Assembly: GCF_033153115.1 (NCBI RefSeq)
Contig: NW_026889762.1
Location: 5,788,496-5,852,495, forward strand
Length of the DNA stretch: 64,000 nt
Direction: 5' to 3'
From: Saccostrea echinata
Lineage: Eukaryota
The notes under the pieces are model-generated. The model had not been told where the DNA came from and made no database searches. It saw only the letters and a list, made by a program, of their open reading frames with translations. Position numbers and translations under genes: made by a program. Of the stretch, positions 48,434-58,704 are shown in pieces (the stretch's first letter is position 1; every line of letters begins with the position of its first letter).

Positions 48434-48496
48434 GAACAAAACCTGTTGTAGGAAGAGTTTTGGAAGAGTATTCTTCAAAACATATATTTATGGAAG
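48434..48496 (+). CDS. Short exon (G)TKPVVGRVLEEYSSKHIFME, unassigned
   Basis: Acceptor ttttttatAG at 48432-33; donor GAAG|GTAATG at 48497. Phase 1 in and phase 1 out, the only open frame; no similarity recognised. Confidence 0.35.
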
Positions 48497-49149
48497 GTAA
48501 TGCTTTATTTCTAATAAGGAAGCCTTGCTGCTAAGAACAAAATTAATATTACTAAATTAAAACTACAGAAATTGTATTTAAGAATGCCATGGTCACATTA
48601 AAATAAAAAATGCATATAAAGAAATGAGAACATATGTTCACGGGTATTTGAAAAAAAGTGTTTTTTATGACAATGACTATAAAAACTGTCACCTGAAAAA
48701 AATCATTAGCATACATTTCATAATATTTTTAAGCTTGATGTAATTTCATCACCATTAAAGCAAAGTTTAAAGGTGTTTTACACCATTTCAATAACCTATA
48801 TTGTGATAAGAACAAATTAATATTACACATAGTAACGTATTTGATGTTGGCAATGATAAGATAAATGTAGCATGTATTTTAGGATATCAGTTGACATATC
48901 TCATTGAGTTTACAATAAGTTGTTTGCATGGTTATAATTAACATTAATAACCATCTATCAAAATTTTGAAATTCAAGGCTTCTTGACTTTATGGTGCAAT
49001 CCCAAGTAAAGAACTAAGTTGGTCATTTGTTAAACATATGACAGGTTTGAAAATCTTGTTTCTCATTTAAATGTTGCAGAGCAAATTTAGAACACAAGCT
49101 GGATGAATGTGTTAAAAGATGAAAGCTTCAATACACAGCACTTTATTTT

Positions 49150-49750
49150 TCTTCTGTGTCCAGACCTGTTTCTAGTGGGATCACAATAATCTTAGCATAA
49201 GAATTCCATGATACTTGGGTGGTCTCAACCTGATCAGTAGTCTAACTTGAGTAATGGTCTTAACCATAACAGGAGTCTAATCTTAATCTGAGCAGTAGTC
49301 TTAACCTGATCAGTTGTCTAGCCTGAGTAGTTGTCTTAACCTGATCAGTTGTCTAACCTAAGTAGTTGTTTTAACCTGATCAGTTGTCTAACATGAGCAT
49401 TTGTCTAATGTGAGCAGTTGTCTAACCTTAGCAGTTCTCTAACCTGAGCAGTAGTGTTATAACCTGAGCAGAGGTCCTAACCTGAGCAGTAGTCTAAGCC
49501 TGAGCTGTAGTCTTTACCTGAGCAGTTGACTAAACCTGATCAGTAGTCTTAACCGGAGCAGAAATCTTAACCTGAATAGTTGTCTAAGCCTGAGCAGTAG
49601 TCTAACCTGAGCAGTGGCCTCAGCCTGAGCAGTTGTCTTAACCTGAGCAGTAGTCATAGCCTGAGCAATAGTCTTTACATGAGCAGTTGTCTTATAACCT
49701 GAGCAGAAGCCTTAACCTGAGCAGTTGTTTTAACCTGAGCTGTAATCTAA
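49150..49750. repeat. Intronic minisatellite of about 33 copies of an 18-bp unit TAACCTGAGCAGTWGTCT
   Basis: Direct read; imperfect units (cctgagcagtagtct / cctgatcagttgtct, etc.). Confidence 0.9.
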
Positions 49751-49995
49751 GCTGAGAAAATCATTGATAATACTCGGGTGTCAAACAAGACCCATGAGCA
49801 ACTTGTCCAAACTTCATGAAATGTATGAAAGACAAGTGTAGTAAAAATTTCAAGTCTTGAATGCATGTAAACATAGGGACTACTGGTGAAACTGTAGAAT
49901 ACTTTCCACATGTTTAACTCTTTTAAGTTTGTTAACATAATATTGAAATAACAAAAGACACTGTTTATAGAATGTTCCAGTCTTTTTGTTTTTAG

Positions 49996-50075
49996 AAGAC
50001 ATTGGTGAAACTTTGGAATCCCCTGAATCAGAATATGAGGGATCCTCGGAGGAAACCCCATCTAAGAGTTTGTAA
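49996..50075 (+). CDS. Candidate terminal coding exon (E)DIGETLESPESEYEGSSEETPSKSL then stop
   Basis: Acceptor tttttgtttttAG at 49994-95; phase-1 entry (g + aa = GAA) matches exon 33. TAA at 50073-75. A paralogous exon lies at 58555-58704 with the same frame conserved (...ESSESEPEGAYESL*). With this exon the whole 34-exon CDS is 4335 nt (1444 aa). Confidence 0.4.
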
Positions 50076-50412
50076 TTTTAGTATTATTTTTTTTACCCAG
50101 ATACATTACTTAATAAGATAAAAGAAATGTAAAACTTTTTTTGTGACACTTGCATTGCACACAAATTCTATGCTAAAAAAATTTAAAATATCTTTCCTAA
50201 CAGGACCTGATTTTAATTTCAATCCCGATTTTTGTTTCCCCCCAGGTCATGAGGATTGGACAAGTGAACGTATGTATTACTTTGCTTCATTACAGTAAGG
50301 TAAAAATTCAAATAGAAGTACACTGCCTACCAATTTTTGTGTAATTATACCCCACACAACAAGTTGCGGGGGTAAAATGTTTCTGACCCGTCCGTCAGTC
50401 AGTCAGTCCTGT

Positions 50413-50900
50413 TTTTTTGTCGGCGCAACTCCTCATAAACGGCTGCACAGAATTTCGCCAAACTTTGTAGATATTTATGACACAATGTGTAGATGTGCTT
50501 ATTACCAGGAAATTCTGATTCCCTTATTTTTCTGGGAATTTTGGCACTTTTCAACTTAGATTTTTGGCCATATCTTGAATATAGAGATGGACAGTTTGTC
50601 AGTGCAACTCCTCTTAAACCGCTGCACAGAATTTTGCCAAACTTTGCAGATATTTAGTACACAATGTGCAGATGTGCATATTGTCAGGAAATTTCAATTC
50701 CATTATTTTTCTCGGAATTCCGGCATTTTTCAACTTAGATTTTTGGCCATGTCTTGTAAATAGAGATCGACAGTTTGTCAGTGCAACTCCTCTTAAACCG
50801 CTGCACAGAATTTGGTCAAACTGCAGATATTTAGTACACAATGTGTAGATATGCATATTACCAGGAAATTCCAATGCCATTATTCTTGCCCTAAGAGTTT
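50413..50900. repeat. About 2.7 copies of an approximately 184-bp tandem repeat, preceded by a TATACCCC...GGGGGTA hairpin motif and a (GTCA)n tract (MITE-like head at 50336-50412)
   Basis: gtcagtgcaactcctcttaaaccgctgcacagaatttngccaaactttgcagatatttagtacacaatgtgcagatgtgcatatt... recurs at about 50413, 50597 and 50781; a degenerate copy at 51236-51360. A diverged homologous array sits at 59610-60000 in the duplicated segment. Confidence 0.8.
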
Positions 50901-53373
50901 TGTCTATTGTTGAAGAAACTTTCCAGCTAGGTAATAAGGAAATCCACTGGAATCAGCTTTTGTAATGAAATTTTATGTGAAATATTTTATGACCTTAAAA
51001 GACCCCTATTGATTTTGAGACCGAAATATTAAGGATTTAACACACACAAAAAATTTTGGAAAGTTCTCACCCCCCTCCCCCCTTTTCAAATTGGTGCTTT
51101 GCCTTAAATAATTTCACAAGTACAGTATATAAAGTTCATATGACTACATCATAATTTTGTTTCCATCAATTATTTAAATGTGTAAATTGTCATGTGTTGG
51201 ACTTACACTCATTAACAAATCGAAATCACTGAGGAATTTAAATAACAGTTTGTCAGCATAACTCCAGCACTGAATTTCCTGAAACTTTGTAGGTATTTCA
51301 GACATAATGTATAGATTTGTATATTACCAAGAAATTTTGATTCCATTATTTATTTACAAACTTCGGCCCAGTTAAATTGGTAACATACAAGGATTTGAAT
51401 GTCCTTATATGCAAGAAGTTTTGATGTGATGATTTTTTGCAAGTAATGCCCCTATTTGAATTATACTGTGTATTTAAAATGCACTGTGCCATTTATTACG
51501 TGTTGCATTGTCGAGTTTTGGAGGAGCTTGGGGTATGTGAGCTTGCTCACTTTTTCTTTTATTTTTTATTTGATTTAGTGGACATAAGTAAAAATCATTT
51601 ATAAAGGACTTGCATATAGAGAAATACCAGTTTTCAGGAAACTTTTACAATTCCAATGGAAAACTTTCTACTCTCACCCTTAGGCTATTGTGATTTAGAT
51701 ACAAGACAAGTGGTCTTGGATGACTCATTCAAATCTTGTAGGTAGAACCAGTTTTATAAATAAAATTTTCAACAAACAGGAACTTGATATAGTCTTTTAA
51801 ATACCATTACAAGATGTGTTTGTGAAACACCAAAGTCCCTGTGTGGTAGCAGCTCAAGCCCAAGGTTAAAGATTTTCAAATGTAGGTCAGACTCCAAAGT
51901 AAATAGTTTTAAATTGTTGGTAACCGAAGAAAAATACTGCCAAAAGGTAATTAACATGTGACAAGGACAAGGGCCCTAGCACCAATCATTAAGAAGATAT
52001 GGCCAAGATTAAAGTTTAGTAAAATTTTTCAAAAGTATGCCAAACTGGTAGGTCAAAGTCAAGAGGTCAGATGTATTTGTACTCAAAGAAGGTCTTGTCA
52101 CAAGAAATAAATGTGAAATATGAAAGCCCTAGCATTCACCATTCAATAGTGACGAACAAGTATAAAGTTTTTGCAAACAAACAAATTTAACAGACAGATG
52201 GACAGACCAAAAACTGTATACCTCCGTATCTTCTAGACATAAAAATGGGGAAAGGGGGGTCGAGATGAAGTTTGCTTTTGTGATAAGTTACAGCAAAGCA
52301 TTGTGCTTGATAGCAACTATTTCACTCAGTCACCCCTAAACCTGTAGTATTTATAGTAACCATAATGCAAAACAATTGTATTATCTGATTTGACAGTTTA
52401 TAAATCACCTTGTAACTTAGTGCGATGCCAGAAAATATAGTTTCTAATGCAAGCATGTTTGTCCAAAGAGAAAGTTTATTACATAACTGCAAAAAAATGT
52501 CAAAGAATCACTGATTAAAGAAGTTTGAATGAATTCTTGAAAGAGATTAAATACATTTCTTCTGATATTGTGAATTGGTGAAAACTGAAATGTAACATTA
52601 CTTTCCTGTTTACCCTGCGTCCATATTCTAGTCACTTCCTAGCCACACTTCAATGAATGATTTACCAGTCCATTAACAGTCTCACAGTAGTCTTACTTAA
52701 TTTCATCAGAGCTACTTTGAACTCTTCGGGTATTATAGTATGCGGAACACTGTAAAATAAAAGGTTCTGAACACATTTGTAGGGATGACTTTGTTCCTTG
52801 TATTGTCTGTAGAACACTGTTTATCCTCACCTGTTTTATTATATGTATGAAATATGAAAATAACGAACAGTAATCAAGCTCAAAAGTCCATTGAAACAAT
52901 AAAAATTTGAAGCAGGGCAAACACGGACCTCTAAAAATATTGGAGGTGGGATCAGGTGCCATGGAGGAGTGAGCATCTCATTTTATGGAAATAAAAAATC
53001 TCGGTGTTAAGGAAAGAAGATTCCAGGTCCCAATAACTGAAAAATCCTAATCTTGCTGATTAAATAAAAATGAAGATTGACTTACCTTCATTATGGTAAA
53101 AATGTATGAGAAACATGCATATACGCACGTGCATGCACGTGCGTTATGCTTATTTAACACTATCATCTTGTGTACACCACAAAGATATGTTTGTATTCTG
53201 AGTTCAAAGCATTTGATCACAGAACAGGGAAGTTAAAGCTTTTTCAATTATACATGTACCTGCTAATAATGAAATTATACTATGTCACTTAGAAGTTCAA
53301 AGTAAAGAATAAGATAATTATGATTCAGGGATGTAACGAAGAGAATTCAGCTGTCTGAAATTACGTGTTCTAT

Positions 53374-53374
<1 letters not shown>

Positions 53375-53407
<33 letters not shown>
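53375..53407. repeat. Poly(T) tract, 33 nt
   Basis: Direct read. Confidence 0.9.
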
Positions 53408-53408
<1 letters not shown>

Positions 53409-55026
53409 GTGAATTAAATATAAAAGGTTGATATATGAATTATTACTCTGATTTCCCTTATATTTCGAGTGATTTTTAACAAAGTTTTAACAACAAAATA
53501 AATTTAAGTTTAAATATTTATATAGTAAATTTACAAAGCTTTCAAATGATATATTGCTTTATTATGTTATCTCTGAAAACAGGATTTACACGCAATATAA
53601 ATTCTGACAATAAGAAATTAAACCTTTGTTTTATCCTTAGATTTTCATACTTGTAGTTGCATGTCATAAGGCAATTTTCACAACAAAACTTGAGATTTAC
53701 TAATCAAGTTCTTGAATAAATGTTTACTAAAAGTCTCAGAGTTATTCTAATTTTGACCAAAAAAGTCAACTAATAGCTGACAGAACACTTATAGCAACAC
53801 GATCATATTTTATGTGTTTTGTTTTATATTTAGACTATATTTAGACTATGTATATGGATCAGTGGAAAGGAGGAGGGGGCATTTATTCTCATACTATCAG
53901 TTCTAATTTTGATTTTAAGAAATGATAATTTTTTTTTTATTTTTCACAGACATTTTCGTGAAAGTATTTTCAAACAGTCATTGTATCCAAACAATCACTT
54001 GATTAAAAAAAATAAAAAACTACAGTAATCTTGTATATATTTCTTGTATAAATTTGTATAATAACAAAGGATAACTAGATCTCATGAGGTGTTCGTTTTC
54101 TTCACATGCTCAGAATGGCACGAATATAATAATCAGGTTGATTATTCTGATCTTGAAGCTGAAATAGAGGAAGAGATGAGTTTTTGTCTTCCTGAAGATG
54201 GTAGGGCAAGTATGTATTTGTTACATACGTAGATCAGTTTTAAAAATTATCGAAATAATTTTCATGAATATTGAATTTTCAGGTAGTAAATTGTTTGTTT
54301 GTTTGTTTTCTTCAGTGGAATTGCCAAAGAAAAAAGCACAACAAACAGAAGTAAGTATGGATCTGAAAAAAATATACTGTAAAGGCAATACATTTGGCTG
54401 TGATTTCTCTTTAGCATCTTTGGCGGAATGCAACTGCAGCTAAATCAACTGCTGCATATTAAATGTTTTGCCACATAAGTAATCAAAATTTATCATGAGA
54501 ATATACGAGAGGTTATCAAGAAGTTCGTGGACTGACGCCATAAAATTAAAACCGCTTTAGGTATATCAGTGAATTTGTTGCACATTTATTCAACACCATA
54601 CAGAATAAACTGTAAGAAACACGGTTTATATTTGAATAAATTGTAAATGTTTCCAATAGCAATGGTATGACCACACGACGCAACCTCAAAAACGTTTTTC
54701 ATTTTTAGTGAGTATAAAGGAAACAATTTTATAAATTCTCAAACATGTGCATTTGTCATCCAATAATCAGTTAAATTCACTTGTGTGATGTACCATAACT
54801 GTTACAATTTACAATTTTTACCTCATTTCGGCAGTTCTGAAAAACCTTTTAGTAAATTAATAAGGGGTGCTAAAATTTAGCGGTTTAAAAAAGACGCCGG
54901 AAAAGGGGGGGGGGGGATTTCCGCCGCATTATATAGTTCCAATTTAAAAAAAAAACCAACTCACATAGACTTAAGAAATATCAGAACAGGCATGAAGGAG
55001 ACAAAACTAGTCCACATTACACATTT

Positions 55027-56150
55027 TTAGCTCACCTGAGCTCAAACTCAAGTGAGCTTTTCTGATTACCGTCGTCCGTCCGTCCGTCTGTCTGTCTGCC
55101 TGTCCGTCCGTCTGTAAATTTTTCATATTTTCAACTTCTTCTCAAGAACCACTGAGCCAATTTTACCAAAGTTGGTACAGAGCATCCTTGGGTGAAGGGG
55201 AGTTTAAATTGTTAAAATGAATGGCCATCCCCCTTTGTAAGGGGAGATAATCATAAAAAGACAAAAATAGGGTGGGGTCATTAAAAAACCTTCTTCTCAA
55301 GAACCACTGGGCCAGAAAAGCTGAAACTTATGTGGAAGCATCCGGGGGTAGTGTAGATTCCAAATTTTTCAAATCATGTCCCCCGGGGGTAGGGCGGGGC
55401 CACAATAGGGAATCAAATTTTTACATTGAAATATATAGGCAAAATCTTTAAAAATCTTCTCAAGAACCACTGGGCCAGAAAAGCTGAACCTTATGTGGAA
55501 GCATCCTGGGGTAGTGTAGATTCCAAATTGTTCAAATCATGGCCCCCGGGCCCTCGGGGGTAAGGCGGGACCGCAATAGGGATTGATTGATTGTATGTTG
55601 TTTTATGTCCCATTCGAGAATTTTTCACTCATATAGAGACGTCACCATATACCGGTGAAGGGCTTCAAATTTTGACCTTTACTCGGCACTTAGGGCCATT
55701 GAGCAGTGAGGGATCTTTATCGTTCCAACGCCTGCCGTGACACGGGGTCTCGGTTTTTAAGGTCTCATCCGAAGGACCCACAACTTTCACTTCAAAGTGC
55801 CGAGCGCATGGCGAAGGAACAGTTGCTACCCTTTTTTTATCGACTTAGGTCAGTCGCGGCCGAGATTCTAACTCACAACCTCCCGATCACGAAGCGAGCG
55901 CTCTACCGACTGAGCTACCATGGATGGTCCACAATAGGGCATCAAAGTTTTACATTGAAATATATAGGCAAAATCTTTGAAAATCTTTTTCTCAAGAATC
56001 ACTGTGCTAGAAAACCTGAAACGTATATGGAAGCATCCTTGGGTAGGGCGGGGCCGCAATAAGTATTACGAGGGAGGGGGGTCTGGTGAAGAAGAACAGG
56101 GCCAAAGTAACTCAGGTGAGCGTTGTGGCCCATGGGCCTCTTATTTAATG
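55027..56150. mobile_element. Full-length copy of the TTAGCTCACCTGAGC MITE family, interrupted by a SINE insertion
   Basis: 5' ttagctcacctgagctcaaactcaagtgagct plus (GTCC/GTCT)n, 166-bp-type units, 3' ...aactcaggtgagcgttgtggcccatgggcctc. A G11 tract lies about 120 bp upstream. Confidence 0.8.
55581..55930 (-). mobile_element. tRNA-derived SINE (tRNA-Lys/Arg-like head) inserted into the MITE, with 8-bp target-site duplication CAATAGGG
   Basis: Minus strand from 55930: ggaccatccatggTAGCTCAGTCGGTAGAGCgctcgcttcgtgatcgggaggttgtgaGTTAGAATCtcggccgcgac... (A-box and B-box-like), body about 330 nt, tail (CAAT)n on minus = gattgattgattg at 55581-55593. Host sequence ccgcaataggg|...|acaatagggcatc repeats caataggg on both sides. 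Confidence 0.75.
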
Positions 56151-56759
56151 TGACAAATGATTCAAAGAGAGGAGATATATCTTGAATGCTGATTTGTGAT
56201 TTGCTGTGTCCAAAGTCAGTCAAGTCAAACAGTAACGTTACCACTGTGCGGTAGAAATGGAACTCTAGTGAGTGGATACAGCTGCAAAAAATGAATTGAG
56301 GATCTTTATCTTTAGCATAGATCCACTTAGAATATTATGTTTTGAAATCAGCTGTTAATGAAACTTTTACGTCGTATAAAGAATATGAGTTTCAATCAGT
56401 ACTGTTTAGAAACAATTTATTACTGGGGTATCTTGTCAAGAAGTGTATTGAGGCAGAAGGCGAGTATATCAAAAAGCAATGACGTTATCAAACGTCTTAA
56501 AACAAAACGGCGACAGCGGCGGATGATCATGTAACGTCTCTTGTATTTAACAATAAACTGGTACATTATCAACGTACCAAGCTAAAATTTTCAACAATTT
56601 TTTAACGTTTGCTGTTTTATGGTCCTTATAAATTTTGTAAGTACAGCATATGTAGTGTTAATTTTATCCAATCAGTCCACGACCTTCTTGATAAGCCCTC
56701 GTATAGGGAATAGTCTTGTTGAACCAACTAGTCACATACAAGCAGCCACATATTTTGTA

Positions 56760-57780
56760 AAAATCATGCCTCCTGGAGATATAGTTGGGCCACAATAGGG
56801 GCTCAAAGTTTTACATTACAATATAATGAGAGAAAAAAAATTTCAAACTTTGCTCAAGAAGAGCAAATCCATGGTTAAGTATATCATTACACAATCGGCC
56901 AAAGGTAAATTCAGCTTTGTTAAGCATGTTCCTTGGGGACAGGGGAGGTTGAGGCACAATTTTGGATCAGTTTTACTTGGGAATACAGAGAAAATTCAAG
57001 CAATTCTTTTTCCAAGAGTAGAATGTCCACACAATCTTAAGTTGTGTGGATTAATGTTTTTTTTCTTGAAATTACGAATGCCGACTTTGAGTTAGGATGG
57101 GTTTTTTATGTATACAAGAAAAAGTTTTCTCAAGAACAACATGGACATTTTAGACTGACATATTATTATTGAAATATCTCCATGGAGTCAAGTTCATTTC
57201 ATAACCCTTTTAGACCAGGAAGGGGTCTCAGTATGGGGTCAAAATTTTTTTATGGGAATAAAGAGTTAAAAATCTTTTTATACAGTATGTTAATACTTAT
57301 GTTATGGCGTTCATGTCCGTCTGTCTGTCCATCTGTCTGTCTGACCGTCCGTCCGTTCGTCTGTAAACTTTTCACAATTTCAAATTCTTTTCAAGAACCA
57401 CTGGACCAATTTTAACCAAAATTGGTACAAAGCTTCCTTGGGCGAAGGGGAATTTAAATTATTAAAATGAAGGGTCAAACCCCCTTCCAAGGGAGATAAT
57501 CAAGAAATCACAAAAATAGGGTGGGGTCATTAAAAAATCTTCTCAAGAACCACTGGGCCAGAAAAGCTGAAACTTATGTGGAAGCATCCTGGGGGTAGTG
57601 TAGATTCTAAATTGTTCAAATCATTACCCAAGGGGTAGGGCAGGGCCACAATAGAAAATCAATAGTTTTGCATTGAAATATGTAAAAAAAAAATCTTTAA
57701 AAACCTTCTTCTCAAGAACCACTGGGCCAGAAAAGCTGAAATTTATTGCAAGCATCCTGAAGTAGTGTAGATTCTTACAT
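56760..57780. mobile_element. Degraded / partial copies of the same MITE-satellite family (includes a (GTCC/GTCT)n head at 57310-57365 and 166-bp-type units to 57780)
   Basis: ...gggccacaataggggctcaaagttttacattacaatataatgag... at 56790; ttcatgtccgtctgtctgtccatctgtctgtctgaccgtccgtccgttcgtctgtaaacttttcacaatttc at 57310; units with cttctcaagaaccactgggccagaaaagctgaaa. Confidence 0.65.
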
Positions 57781-58554
57781 CGCTATATCTTGTATATGTA
57801 TACATGTACATGCCCTCAGTTACATATACACTAACTTACAGATAAAATAATTTGCGCCAAATATTGAACAAAAAAATATAATACATTTATATTTTCCTTA
57901 TGTATGTTTTACATTCTATGTTTTTTCAATGTGAATATTGAGCTGTGTGCAATATTAAATGTTTTCTCAATTCAATCAAACTGCTGCTCAATGGAAGTAT
58001 CAACGGTAAATAATTATAGTAAAATTTGAAAGTGTGAGAGATTATGATCCATGTTTTGTTAAATACGAGGGTTGTCCCATAAGAACACAAACTTTTTAAA
58101 TATTTAATAAGCTACCTTTAATTTACCAAAGTTATTCATTTTTGGCACAATGTTGGGAAATGATATTTTCGTCATTTTGTGTACTTAATATAAGGTTCTA
58201 ATGTCATATCATTAAAAAAAAAAACATTTAAAGAGTGTTAGATAATGATGGTCGATGATGAAAGAATTAAATCAATTTAGACTAATATTGTTAAAAAGGG
58301 TTATCAACTAACTCTTTCCGTGCATTAACGTAAAGCTTACTTAAAAAAATATAAATAGATTTAGAATGGATTGTTTAGTATTTATTTTAAGATAATTTAC
58401 ATTGTAAACAATTATGCGCAAGAGCAAGCTAAAGTCAGAGACATTCCAAGATATAGAATCATCGTACTATTTCATTGAGGGGTAGTTTCACAAACACACA
58501 AGCAAACGATTTTTGCTTTCATTTAATCATGAATAAATAAATTTCAAGTTTCAG

Positions 58555-58704
58555 GTAAGAGGATCATCTCGACCTCGTCGCAGAATAGCACTTTCTGGTG
58601 TATGTAGTGCACCACCTCGATGTCAGAGGGCTCCACCACCACCACCACCACCACCAATGGAATCTTCTGAATCAGAACCGGAGGGAGCATATGAAAGTTT
58701 GTAA
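58555..58704 (+). CDS. Paralogous candidate terminal exon VRGSSRPRRRIALSGVCSAPPRCQRAPPPPPPPPMESSESEPEGAYESL then stop
   Basis: Acceptor atttcaagtttcAG at 58553-54; phase 0; poly-Pro (CCA x8 at 58626-58649); TAA at 58702-04. The last 15 codons align in frame with the exon at 49996-50075. Confidence 0.3.
   Translation, partial: VRGSSRPRRRIALSGVCSAPPRCQRAPPPPPPPPMESSESEPEGAYESL

Noticed and set aside
50076-50140. Polyadenylation signal after the TAA at 50073
   Set aside because: No canonical AATAAA within 60 nt (only AATAAG at 50112). The 3' end cannot be called from sequence alone.
50207-50275. Exon-like block DLILISIPIFVSPQVMRIGQVN (and its paralog 58849-58903 PGPINPDYALERVIPTRMTKGGT)
   Set aside because: The two paralogous copies are not conserved in any shared reading frame (indels shift the frame). 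Probably 3' UTR or intronic sequence of the duplicated unit.
55706-56244. ORFs 55706-56062 (+), 55868-56059 (-) and 55999-56244 (-)
   Set aside because: They overlap the SINE (antisense to its tRNA-like head) and MITE units; repeat-derived.
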